A stretch of DNA of 64,000 nt, taken from positions 1,532,886 to 1,596,885 of the forward strand of contig CM082597.2 in NCBI GenBank assembly GCA_040954595.2. The letters are read 5' to 3'. The notes under the pieces were generated by a model. That model ran no database searches and was not told the origin of the DNA. It saw nothing but the letters and a program-made list of their open reading frames with translations. Position numbers and translations under genes: made by a program. Of this stretch, positions 23,507 through 36,700 are shown in pieces. This DNA is from Balanoglossus misakiensis (lineage: Eukaryota; Animalia; Hemichordata). Position 1 is the first letter of the stretch; each line of letters starts with the position of its first letter.

Positions 23507-23595
23507 ATTCTGCAACAGAGTACGTATTCTTAGAAAAGGCCTTACACCATCTAAAGTTCTCAAAATAGCTGCACGTTTTTCCCCGAAACACAACC

Positions 23596-23603
23596 TATTT
23601 ATA
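23596..23603 (-). promoter_or_regulatory. TATA box of LDLa-CAP paralog B
   Basis: TATAAATA on the minus strand ~90 bp upstream of the ATG at 23506. Confidence 0.5.
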
Positions 23604-24485
23604 GCACACGTGCTAATTATCCCCTAAAGGTATGAACCAATGAATCTTTCTATTGGATCACCATGACGTATTTCACAGAGAATTCTTTTAATTTTATCAT
23701 TTTATGCCACCACTGTCATAAATGTCATGATCGACGCCACAATAAATTCATCGATCTAAATCAAATTCCATTATAGATTGCTCAATTAACACAGAATTCC
23801 CCAAGTGACAGTTTGTCAGCCGCGATGACTAGAAAGGTCGCCTCAGGACAATTTCAGATTAATCTCAATACCATGCAAATAAGCTAAAGTTATTGTAAAG
23901 AAAAACATCTCACATTTGTATTTAAAATAACTTTGTAAATTTTCCCCGAGTTACTGCTCAGACGATTATGTTCATTTATCATAAAAACAATCATAAAATG
24001 TATGGGTACATGAAAATCTACTCTTGCAGAGCAAGATGTTTGATGACTCGAGTGTTCACAGGGTAGAGCAACTGAAGTTTTTTCACAAATTCATCCATCA
24101 TTCCCCTGGAGCTGAACACCTGTTTGTCAAGATCCATTCCACATATTTCTTTATAAGAACAGTGTCGGTATTAACCTTCATTTTCTTGAACTCCGAAATA
24201 GTAGGAATATTTACCGGGATTTTAATGTTAATTGAACACTTGTTTTGAACAAAGGTTTAATTTTCTCCCCAAATTAATCTAGTAATAGGACGTTTTATGG
24301 AAAATCGTGTCAAACAAGCCTGTTTGTCTCAGGATGTATAAACATGCTGATTTTATGACAATTTGATATATGTGACCATAGATGGTTTCTGCAGCTGTGA
24401 AGTGTTTTGATCAAAAGACCATGACTGTTGCATGTCTCGAGGGGAAAATAATTACAGCCCTGGTCCCTTCATTCATGAATCATAA

Positions 24486-27267
24486 TGAATAAAGAACGGT
24501 CAGATCGTTGCGGTGCAGGGAATTCTTATTCGCACCGCTGCGGTGCAAGGAACTCTTATTTGCACCGCTGCGGTGCAAATAAGATTTTCACCGCTGCGGT
24601 GCAAATAAGATCATTGGAGTTATGCTGTAATATAGTGCGGAAAATTTCCGTCTTTTTCGAGTACAAATCCTGGTGGCGAAGGGTTCAGGAAGGCTAGTTT
24701 TTTACCTGAAGGAGTCAACTGATGTTGGTTCGAGTCCACTTTTTTTCTATTTCATTTTTTTTGTGAGAACTTTTAACGACATTATCATTGTAATTTTTAT
24801 CATTTTCATAAATCCAATTCATATCAATATCTATGCTGCGTTTTTTTATCTGTCGGGTATAAGAAACATGCTGAGTAACTTGGTCATTTTTTTGCCGCGG
24901 TTCACTTGGGCAAGTCTGAATACGGAGTGCTCAACAGAGAGAAAGATAAACTCGCTAAAACCGTGTCTTTCCGTCCGCATGACCAACCAAGGAGCGAAAA
25001 AGTCGTTATTTAGGCCGTAATAAAACGTTTTTGTCGCCGAGGAGTGAATAAAGAACGGTCAGATCGTTGCGGCGCAGGGAATTCTTATTCGCACCGCTGC
25101 GGTGCAAGGAACTCTTATTTGCACCGCTGCGGTGCAAATAAGATTTTCACCGCTGCGGTGCAAATAAGATCATTGGAGTGATGCTGCAATATAGTGCGGT
25201 AAATTTCCGACTTTTTCGAGTACAAATCCTGGTGGCGAAGGGTTCAGGAAGGCTAGATTTTTACCTGAAGGAGTCAACTGATGTTGGTTCGAGACCACTT
25301 TTTTTTTTCTATTTCTTTTTTTTTGAGAACTTTTAACGACATTATCATTGTAATTTTTATTTTTAGGACGACTAAATTTTTATTTTATTTTTTGTCGTCG
25401 AGAAGTGAATAAAGAACGGTCAGATCGTTGCGGTGCAAGGAACTCTTATTTGCACCGCTGCGGTGCAAGGAACTCTTATTTGCACCGCTGCGGTGCAAAT
25501 AAGATTTTCACCGCTGCGGTGCAAATAAGATCATTGGAGTGATGCTGCAATATAGTGCGGTAAATTTCCGACTTTTTCGAGTACAAATCCTGGTGGCGAA
25601 GGGTTCAGGAAGGCTAGATTTTTACCTGAAGGAGTCAACTGATGTTGGTTCGAGACCACTTTTTTTTTTCTATTTCTTTTTTTTTGAGAACTTTTAACGA
25701 CATTATCATTGTAATTTTTATTTTTAGGGCGACTAAATTTTTATTTTATTTTTTGTCGTCGAGGAGTGAATAAAGAACGGTCAGATCGTTGCGGTGCAAG
25801 GAACTCTTATTTGCACCGCTGCGGTGCAAGGAACTCTTATTTGCACCGCTGCGGTGCAAATAAGAGTTCACCGCTGCGGTGCAAATAAGATCATTGGAGT
25901 GATGCTGCAATATAGTGCGGTAAATTTCCGACTTTTTCGAGTACAAATCCTGGTGGCGAAGGGTTCAGGAAGGCTAGATTTTTACCTGAAGGAGTCAACT
26001 GATGTTGGTTCGAGACCACTTTTTTTTTCTATTTCTTTTTTTTTGAGAACTTTTAACGACATTATCATTGTAATTTTTATTTTTAGGACGACTAAATTTT
26101 TATTTTATTTTTTGTCGTCGAGGAGTGAATAAAGAACGGTCAGATCGTTGCGGTGCAAGGAACTCTTATTTGCACCGCTGCGGTGCAAATAAGATTTTCA
26201 CCGCTGCGGTGCAAATAAGATCATTGGAGTGATGCTGCAATATAGTGCGGTAAATTTCCGACTTTTTCGAGTACAAATCCTGGTGGCGAAGGGTTCAGGA
26301 AGGCTAGGTTTTTACCTGAAGGAGTCAACTGATGTTGGTTCGAGACCACTTTTTTTTCTATTTCTTTTTTTTGTGAGAACTTTTAACGACATTATCATTG
26401 TAATTTTTATCATTTTCATAAATCCAATTCATTTCAATATCTACGCTGCGTTTTTTATCTGTCGGGTATAAGAAACATGCAGGGAAACTTGGTCATTTTT
26501 TTTTCGCGGTTCACTTGGGCAAGTCTGAATATGGAGTGCTCAACAGAGAGAAAGATAAACTCGCTAAAACCGTGTCTTTCCGTCCGCATGACAAACCAAG
26601 GAGCGAAAAAGTCGTTATTTAGGCCGTAATAAAACGTTTTTGTCGCCGAGGAGTGAATAAAGAACGGTCAGATCGTTGCGGTGCAGGGAATTCTTATTCG
26701 CACCGCTGCGGTGCAAGGAACTCTTATTTGCACCGCTGCGGTGCAAATAAGATCATTGGAGTTATGCTGCAATATAGTGCGGAAAATTTCCGACTTTTTC
26801 GAGTACAAATCCTGGTGGCGAAGGGTTCAGGAAGGCTAGGTTTTTACCTGAAGGAGTCAACTGATGTTGGTTCGAGACCACTTTTTTTTCTATTTCTTTT
26901 TTTATGAGAACTTTTAACGACATTATCATCGTAATTTTTATTTTTAGGACGACTAAATTTTTATTTTATTTTTTGTCGCCGAGGAGTGAATAAAGAACGG
27001 TCAGATCGTTGCGGTGCAGGGAACTCTTATTTGCACCGCTGCGGTGCAAATAAGATTTTCACCGCTGCGGTGCAAATAAGATCATTGGAGTTTTGCTGCA
27101 ATATAGTGCGGTAAATTTCCGACTTTTTCGAGTACAAATCCTGGTGGCGAAGGGTTCAGGAAGGCTAGGTTTTTACCTGAAGGAGTCAACTGATGTTGGT
27201 TCGAGACCACTTTTTTTTACTATTTCTTTTTTTTTGTGAGAACTTTTAACGACATTATCATTGTAAT
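24486..27267. repeat. Higher-order tandem satellite: 7 units with internal palindromic subrepeats
   Basis: Units start with tgaataaagaacggtcagatcg at 24486, 25045, 25406, 25767, 26126, 26654 and 26987 (lengths ~559, 361, 361, 359, 528, 333 and a partial unit). Each has 2-3 caccgctgcggtg cores and the perfect palindrome tcttatttgcaccgc-t-gcggtgcaaataaga. Confidence 0.95.
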
Positions 27268-27486
27268 GGTAATTTCATTATGGCTCAGGGCTTCAAACAA
27301 CAAACCATTGCACAGGGATAAATAAAGAACACAGAAATTAAGTGAAAAGATTATCTTTTTTATTAATAACACATTTGTTCCATTTCAATTCACTGCAATG
27401 TATTTCAATTATTAAAAGCAAATTCATCTGACACAAAAGACAATATGATTGTGTCAAGAGTCATAGGTCATAGGTCAAATATCTTC

Positions 27487-30400
27487 TCAAAAGAGAGGCT
27501 TGGCCCTCGCTCTCTTTGCAGACCGCGATGGTGTGCTTCTATTTGTTGCCTTGGAAAAGGGGTTATCATCGTCCTGGTGACAAGAAAATACAAATTAACA
27601 AGAAACTCAATTTTTTCTATATTACAGTATCTACACACTGGCTCTTTTATTACACAGTGTTCCTTGTAATTTTCGTTTTCTTGATGAATTGCAAGTGTTT
27701 TACTTCACATCATAGCCTGGAGTGGATATCTTTCTATTAATCAAAATTTACCGTAGCAATAAACCATCATGATAGCTATCAAGAGTTTTGGGTTCCAAGC
27801 AAGACTTTGTACGAATCTAGACAACAGTTGGACTGATCTGTCATACATGCAGCCTTAATCCATTCATGGCAGTCTTCAATATACTTGGCTAGTCTTACCT
27901 CAGAATCAACGAACAGTACTCCTTTCTGAGATAACTGACTTGAGTTACTGAGAAAGAGAGCGAGAGAGGGAGTTATGATCTTCTAGACGATTTAAATCAA
28001 ACGAGAAATAAAAGCTGTTCTAAGGTACTTACTTGGCCTTCCACTTCTTGGAAGACGCTGATGGTATCTTCTTGTAGGAACCACCATCAGAATCACTGTC
28101 GGATATCTGAAAGTCAAATATGAAAGGTACAGTATATGTAACTTTTGGCTATCATTCTTGGTGTTTTTTGAAGGACTATCTTGGAATTTATACCCACATG
28201 TTTTTCTGAAATGTTGACAACAACAGTCTGACAGAACAGGAAATCTATACTTACTACAATTGATTCTGATGGGGCCTTGGAAACCGATAGCTGTGACCTG
28301 TTGAAGGCTGAAAAACATGTATGGGAAAGGGTCAATCCATTGGGTGATTTTTTTCTAAATCTTCTAAAGAACGCTTGACAAGATAGCTTTTCAGTACTTC
28401 TAATTTGTATCATGTCAATGCACTTCTTGACACTCTACTATACATGGTTACACACACACACATACATACATGTACACACATTACATACACACACACAAAT
28501 GCACAGTAACATACACACCCTGAACTTGCATGAAAACAGAGCAGGACACCATACAAATAAAGAAATTAACAACAAGCCATACCTGTTGCAATGGAGTTGC
28601 TGGTATTTGCTGAAACAACACTGTCTTTGGTCTTCCCTCCTCTTCCTCCCCTGCTACCCCTCCCACCCCTACTCCCTCTCCCTCCACCCCTCGAACCCCG
28701 CCCTCGCCCCCTTCCTCGACCTCTTCCTCTGGAAGACACGGAACTGTCGTCGGAATCCACATCTTTGCTTTGAGCGTCATCCATGTCTTCATCACTGATG
28801 TCTTCAGCTGGTCTGTATCGTTTCCGAGCGCGTGATCTGGCTATTGCCTGCAAGGGTAATGACACATGATATTCATATAGCTGTAATTTTTTTTTCAGGA
28901 GTGATTTTATTTTTAGGAAGGGCTATATTTTCAAAAGGTGGGACGTTATATTGACCTCATCAACATCCTTGTCTTCTTGGCCCTGTTTTTGTCTGTCTTC
29001 TTTCAATCTCTCAACCACATCTTCAATTTCTTCATCCTCAACCTTGCGCTGGGTCAGTTGGACTTGGGTCGTTTGCAACTGGTAGCTAACCAGCTCTGTT
29101 ATGGCATCTCTTTCCTCCTTGTCAACAAACTCCTGCACCGCTCGGCCTAGACCTTTCTCACTCAGCAGTGACAGCTGACAGGACTGTGATAAAAATAAGA
29201 TGGCAATTTTGTTTGGTATTTTACTTTACTTCTGAAGCAATATTGTTTGTCATAGTAACAGATACGCATGACAAATCTACAATAAGTCAAGCTATGTGAT
29301 TGGCTGGTATGATCTTTGGAAACATGAATAAGTCAAGCTATGTGATTGGCTGGTATGATCTTTGGAAACATGAATAAGTCAAGCAATGTGATTGGCTGGT
29401 ATAATCTTTGGAAACATGAATAAGTCAAGCTATGTGATTGGCTGATGTGATCTTTGGAAACATGAATAAGTCAAGCTATGTGATAGGCTGGTATGATCTT
29501 TGTAAGCATGAATTAGCCAATGTCTGTTTACCTTCTCTGTACTGCTGAAATATTCCTTGACGAGATCTTCCACTCTGGCAGTGTCTAAAGCATCAGGTCG
29601 TAAATATTCATCCAGTTCACTGATACCTGGTTTAATCTCTGAAAGATCCACATGCAAGTGTTCGTTCATGTCTCAGTTATTCACCATTTTTTCCACCACA
29701 CAAAGCCAGTCCGCTTATGAAACAAGGGTAAAGTAAAGTTGACATTATTGTCATTCCTGGTGGACTGTGTGTTTTTACTTGCTCCTTTTTTAAAAATCAT
29801 CAAAAATCCCAATGATAATCTGAAAAATCTCACCTTTTTTCTCTTTCTCGATAACTTTCTTCCTATGATACATGATGATGTCTTTAGGATTGGCTACCTT
29901 CTTCACAAACTTCTGACCAAATCGGTGTGTGTTGAAAAGCTCAAAACCTCCGCTGTAGTCAATCTAAATATTTAATTACAAAAAAAAGACATCAGGAAAT
30001 TTCTCTTAAGTCCAATGATGCTCAAATTTGAAAGACCCTCACAGCTTATATTTTTTTTGTTCTGAAGAATTAACTTATCAACACTCCTAGCCAATAAACA
30101 ACAGTGGTCTTCAAAATGGCCACAGATGGCGCTAAACACTGACCCGTATCCTAATCAATGGCTGTTGTGGTTGCCGGGGACAACCCGTGTGCTCGTCCGC
30201 CGCCCTTTGAAGTAAACCTTCCACTTTTGCTGTGCAGAATTCCTCCACTCTCTCAGCAATGTTGTGGTCGCCTGGATTCAAGCTTGTGTCGTCAAGGACA
30301 ACGTCTTCCATGTAGAACTGCCGCACAGTCTTCAGAGGAATTTTGCTGCACTTTACATGTCTCTCACGTACCTGCACCAGCCCGACATGTCTGCAATGAA

Positions 30401-32858
30401 ACAAAACATTTCACAATATTTAAAATGTTTCAAAAGGGGTGTTATGTGTACTGGAACAATCTTCTCTTCATCTGTCAAACCTAGTGATCCTTTCACAATG
30501 GAAAAATCTCATTGTAATGAACTGTATGTGAGTTCATTCCATTGTAAAATAAGGGGTGGAAGCTTCTTACTTTTGTTTAGATTCTCCATCACTCATAGAA
30601 GTAGCAATGGTACTTCCAGGTTGGCTGACGAAGAAGTTCTGTTGTCCGTTCCATTCGGGTTCAATCCGGCATTCATGTTCATGCCCCCAGATGACCAGGT
30701 CAATGAAGTCATCCAGGAATTGCTCCGGAATATAATTGGTCTGTCCATGTTTGGCCCTGGCAGACGGGAAAGGATGGATGTGAGATACAACTGAGCAAAA
30801 AGATGCAAGAAGCAGTGAAAATGATGTTATAATTGGACTAGTCTATCCCCGGGCAGACCCAGGCTAGCCCTATAAAAATTTCAGTCTGAAAAACTCAGGC
30901 AATGATAAAAAACGCCCGCTGTAACCTTACCTGTTCTGATGCAGACAGAAAACATTGAACCAGCTGTCTCTGTCTTCTTTCGGTCTCATCATGTGCACAC
31001 GCTTGTGACAGAATAATCGATGAAGCCTCTCATCTCGTACAGACCCTGTCGACAAGAAGTTCATCTGATTTTACCACATGATAGATTCATATGATCAAAG
31101 TCATTCCAACGTGCATTCAGACTAATTACTATACCATTGAATGAAATTAATGAAAGGAAGTTACAAGACTTACCCAGCCCATACAGAGCTAATTTAGTTC
31201 TCCCCTTCTGCATCAGCAGTGGTGTGATTTCAATTTTCTCAAGTGATGTCACTTTGCCAAAGTGATTGATAAGGCCTGTCACACTCAGTAGGTCTATGGC
31301 ACATAGATTAGAGGGCTGTCAGGGAAAAAGGTACATACTGTTATAAGTCAATATAGGAAAATTATGCATTGGCGCTTGTGTAAACCACGCCTTTGTATAT
31401 CCATAGATGTACGAGATCTACATGCTTGTAACATGCAATTTATACACTCACCCCTGACGGATCGTCATGGTTACCATGAATTGAGAAGACTGGTATCCCG
31501 ACGTTGTAGTTTGGATCCTCATAGTTGACCACAGGAAATCTGAATCATTGCAAACGAAACACGGCCATTATTCTCAGGCATTTCTGGTGAAGTGCATTCT
31601 TACAAACACAGTGGTGACAATTCAACATCAAACTGGAACAAACCACTGCCACTGAGGGGGGGGGGGATTGATGGGTTATTCAGCTTACTTGGATGTGCTG
31701 AAATTGATTGCTTGATCGCTGAGAAATTCCACTTGTATTGGGTTCTCTCCCATACAGTATTGTCTCAGCAGTGCCATGCAGCCATGGAGTGTATCCCTGG
31801 AAGGCTTGTTTTCATGGAATAGATCACCTCCAAGGAGAATGAAATCCACCTGGAGAGAAAAGAAAATATTCAATGTGGATGTAGCAAGGAAAAACATGCT
31901 ATGCAGCCTTTGTAGAAGGGTTTACATTCTGGATATAAAATTGGGTGTGTGCACTATCTCAAAGCATTTTCCACATACTGATTTAACCCTGTATTTTGTC
32001 ATACTGCTGTCTGTCATGATTTCAGACACAGAATGATCTATAAAGATTGACTAGTAAAGAGCTACTTGTACCTTATTTTGTTGGGCTAGTTGTAGCACCT
32101 CTTCAAACGTCACCAAAGAATCTCTCCCTCTGATGACGTCCTTCTCTGCATATCCCAAATGACAATCTGTGGCTGATCGGGGGAATAAACACAGAAAAAT
32201 ATAAGTGGTTTAAACTTTTCACCACCATGGTTCAGTCCAAACCCATTGTTTTAATTCTGTATTGGTAAAGTTAGACCTTTAAAGAGGGAACATTTTCCTT
32301 TTTCTTTTCCAGAAGTGGACTGTACATACAAATTACTTTGAATGTCTTACCGAGGAGAAATTTGATGGTGTCTTCATCATCACCATCATCTACATCACTG
32401 AAATTGAAAGTGAAAGTAACTAAAGTTAAGATCATTACACTCCATGTTTTATTTTCTTATTAGAAGTAAAAGTATTTGACAACATAGAGAAAACTAACGG
32501 TGTGATCAAAGTGTCTTTTTGCAGTGTTGTTATGTTGTGTAACTTGCATTCCCGGCATGCCATTGAAATGAAAACACGCAGTTGCCGACATGCATCCTGG
32601 GAAAAGATCCCGTAGAGGAGATCGAGGTTCACCTGGTGTTGGAGGTTGAATGGCTTGGCTGCGTGACAGGTTTGTGCGTTGTTACTGGCTGAGGTCATGC
32701 CTGAAATCTTTGGTGTTTGAGCCGATGGAGGAGGGGCCGGAAAAGTAAACAACACACACATCTAGTTGGCACGTAGACTAGCATGCAGTTTGACAACATG
32801 CTTTCTCAATGGAAATTGAACCTACACTACAGTGTACTTACGTCTTTGAAGGTGGCAT
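27487..32858 (-). CDS. MRE11: Double-strand break repair nuclease MRE11; ~17 coding exons
   Basis: Phosphoesterase motifs [117 protein letters not shown]-rich GAR motif at ~28634-28730 and C-terminal [20 protein letters not shown] at 32858 (MPPSK), stop at 27487-27489. Confidence 0.96.
29281..29512. repeat. 46-bp minisatellite (~5 copies) in an MRE11 intron
   Basis: aataagtcaagctatgtgattggctggtatgatctttggaaacatg repeated head-to-tail with few substitutions. Confidence 0.95.
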
Positions 32859-33766
32859 GCCGATCTCACTTCTTTAATTTTCGTGTAACAAATCAGAAGT
32901 GGAGACAATAGCGACACGACTTGCCATATGTATCCATCATGCTTCTCATATCATCACGCTTCAGTCAAAATCCCCGGTCAAACTAATGTCATTTCGCTCC
33001 AAAGTTGACTGGACATGCGCAGTGTTAATGAAATACTCCCTCTGTCGGTCTTCATTAGAGATAAGTACCAAAAGGTGAGATTATAACTACTGCATCTAAT
33101 TTAAAGAAAATATTAGTAGAAATTGCCATTTTGGACGCAATATCTATAACTGTTTGAAAATAGACATTTTCTTGTAAAAAAAACACGACTCCTTGGAAGG
33201 ATTTTGACACGGTTTTGCATTGAGAATTGTTTTGTTACAACTTCGATATCTTATATCAATTTTCTGTCAGTCATAGAACACTCATTCTTTCAACAAGGCA
33301 AAAATCTTAAGTTTTAAGGTGAAAAACAAACAGAGAGAGAGAGAGAGAGAAGAGAGAGAGATAGAGAGAGGTGAAAGAATAATCCAAACACACCACGAGG
33401 GGCGCTCCATACGTAAGTACACAGCATCGACTTTACAGCTGGTCGCCATTACTCAAAGTTCGCACTAAGACTTGACCCAAAAAGCGATCGCCAACACCAG
33501 TTAGACAATTTCGACTATTTTACGACAATATGTTCCGATACCAAGCCTACCACGACGTATTACGTTAGCTAAGGACTCGTAGAATCGACAATCGCAGCCA
33601 CGATCGGTGTACAAGACAGCTGTTGCAATATACTGGGGACGTTTTTTCTCAGTAAAGGTCGTCGCGAAGCTTCGCGTCTTGAAGGTCTAAGATGCGATGA
33701 TCGAGACAACGACAGCCCATATCTTTGGACGCAGAACCGAGCTTGAACACAGGTATTTAGACTAAT
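32859..33766. promoter_or_regulatory. Probable bidirectional promoter region for MRE11 and MEGF8
   Basis: Divergent start codons ~0.9 kb apart; locally CpG-enriched; (AG)n tract at ~33332-33370. Confidence 0.6.
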
Positions 33767-36700
33767 ATGTGGCTTGGGACATACCGTGAACGATGGAAAC
33801 TCCAAATATGGCGAGAGGGGACAGATTTCACGCGAATTATTTGCTTTCTACTCGCCCTTTCTGGACTAACTGGTCAAGCCAGTGCGTCTTGCAGTGGACG
33901 GACTGTTTATACAGACGTATATACTGGAGAGATCAGCGACGGACATAGCAGAAACTACCCAGAAAACGCATACTGCGAATGGCGAATCGTATGTAAGTAT
34001 GGCAACTGAAAATTGTAAACAAGGTTAACCTAAGGGCGAGGTCGTCAACGCGTGCGCGTCTGTTACGTAGTAATGGTGTTAAATGTGTTAATTTCACTCC
34101 ATGTCGCGTTGCGTTGTTGAACTCATATAAACTCGACTTCCTGTCATGTGATTGGCGTGCACATTGTTTTGTAAACAGGTGATTGGCTGAGAGGGCATGG
34201 CCAGGTGTTACTCACGAAGTGTTAATGACTTCCTTGGCACAAAGAAAAGACAATGGTACAGCATCGATTTGTAGGCAACGCGTCTGTCAACAAATTTAGA
34301 CGTGTGAATGTGATATAATTATCACAATTTCTGGGTCAAGATTTTGTTTGTTTCTTCGGTTTGCGATCATTATCGACTGAATCTTTAAATAGAATGATTA
34401 CTGGATAAACACTTGCCACTCAGACATGTTTTACTAGGACAAACAGTCATCATATAAGAAAAATCAAATTTCTAATTCATGGGTGAAATGGACATTATAC
34501 TTCACTCAGGACTGGTCAGAGGTCAAAGTTCAGGGCTTTGAAGGGAGAAAGACCTTTACACAGAAAAATTCTATAAATTATCACAGCCTTGTTGACTAGA
34601 CATTGTGCAAAAACAAATAAACTGTTTAAACATAACATTGTCATTATCTGAACTATGAGCCACATTAAATTTAATTGAGAAAAAAACCACATGGTGTTTA
34701 TGCCCAAGGAAGTTTACTTTTGGAAGTTTAGTGGCCTATAATGATGAATGTTGGGCATCTTCAAATCTTTATTGAAAAATTTAACTATCTCAAAGTATGT
34801 CAACGAGGAGAGAAATAAAAGCAAACAAAAGTTAAGAGTCCCATCACGTCTGTCCATAGCAACGAATAGGGTTACTGTGCTCCAGAAAAACAGAAATCGA
34901 AATCACTTCAAACAAGCAGTTCAGATAGCTTCAGTTGTAGCAGTGTTCTGTCTAGGATGACATAAACAGGGGGATATGTCCCACCTTTGCCAGAATATTT
35001 TGGGGGATTTCACTCTGGCTAGGAGGATTGTAATATCTCCAAAATATGAGTGACGTCATTTTCAGGGGCAAGAGGGTTGTGTAATTGTACAAACTACAAT
35101 GGCCATTCATAAACAGACCATGAAATTGTATACTTTTAGTTCTAATGTGTACAAAAACACCTCCAAGGAACGACAGACTATTCTTTTCACGCCACCCTCT
35201 CAGTTTCAGGTGACAAGAATCATGCGCAATAGACATCCCTGTCTTTAATGGCGTCATTCAATGCGATGTTACGAAGGCAGTTGCTCAGAGCAAGTCCATT
35301 GTTATGTCGCATTCGATTCTATTGTTGTGGGTTCTTTGAACACCACAGGACTGTGCGTCATTACAATAGAACTTCCTAGCTGCCCGGCCGCTCGGTCAAT
35401 AGATATTACACAAGCACTGTGGGGGAAATGTGGTTCCATTGATTTCATCATTTCTTGTCTGTGTTCAGGTGTTTAATTCAAAGAAGAGGTTAGATTTTCA
35501 GAAATAAAACCCCAGGTGGAATCCTGAACGATAGTAGCTGCTAGAAATAAACTTGTTAGAAAATCCTATTGTTACCACTCTTTTCCAATTACAAAATGCA
35601 AATAATTTACTCAGCTAATATTTCAGCCATGGCCACTAACACAGGTTTGACTTAATCGAAAAAGAACATTTGGTTGTAGCATATGTGGACCCTAATTATT
35701 TCCTTTGTGTCTCTTTCAGCTCCCGATCCAAGTGCCAAGATAGTCCTAAAATTTTCTGTGCTAGAAACAGAGTGTACATATGATTTCCTGTTTGTTTACG
35801 ATGGCAACTCCTTCGACAGTCCTCTGATTGGCAGTTTTAGCGGAAATAGTACCCCGGAAGTGTCATTAGTCGCTTATTCTGGACAGGTAAGAACAGTGGC
35901 ATGAATAGTTTTGAGTGTGGTTTCCATGCGAATATGGGGTTGGAATGACTTACAAATATAGTTGCATTTCAGTGTGTATCCAACTTGTAAATAAAGTAAA
36001 CATCAACTCCCTTCCATCTCAGATAAAAGTAACAGAAACAAACTTCTTGTTTTCTCCTTTTCAGATGTTAATTTATTTATACAGTGATACAAGCTATGTA
36101 TTGCAAGGTTTTGTCGCGTCCTTTCGTGTCCAGAACTGCACAAACGACTGCTCGGGGAACGGTGTCTGTCAAGATAATTCCTGTGTGTGTTCTCCTCAGT
36201 GGACGGGAGAGGCATGTGATTATCTGACGTGTCGAGATGGATGCGGGTTGAATGAAGGGAACGGGGAATGCAACCAGGTGAGTTTCGAACCTTGCGCCGT
36301 ATTGGTAATCATGGTGCATTGTGGGTAGTGGGGAGTGAGAAGAATAAGGTAGCACTGACGCTATCATGCTGCATTGTGGGTAGTGGGGAGTGAGAAGAAT
36401 AAGGTAGCACTGACTTCGGGTTAAATTCACACATATAATGAATCTTGTTTTCCAAACTACAATTCTTAGGATTGAAAATTGCCCGTTTAAGCTTAGGATT
36501 TGACTCCAAAATACCTACTGTTCAACTTACAATAATAACACAAATATTATGGCAGACCGTTTATAGCCTCTGTGTGATTATTGGCAAATTAGCATCTTTT
36601 ATTCGTTTGTTTCAATTCAGTATCAAACGCCATGGAAGTGCGATTGCAAGAATGGTTATGTGGGCGAATATTGTACCCTTCCCACCTGGGACAACACTGG

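Noticed and set aside
24485-26907. ORFs within the satellite (e.g. 24673-25020, 25794-26132)
   Set aside because: They are products of repeat periodicity, their frames break between units at variable T tracts, and they have no recognisable domain.
24486-27267. CRISPR-like appearance of ~30-bp palindromic repeats
   Set aside because: The intervening sequences are themselves repeated, not unique spacers; no cas genes; eukaryotic intron-rich context.
24455-27292. Short inverted matches at the array flanks (agccctg/cagggct, cataatgaa/ttcattatg) as TIRs
   Set aside because: Too short and non-contiguous, and no target-site duplication found.
33391-33406. CTCF site in the MRE11/MEGF8 intergenic region
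   Set aside because: caccacgaggggcgct is one base short of the consensus spacing; not supportable by eye.
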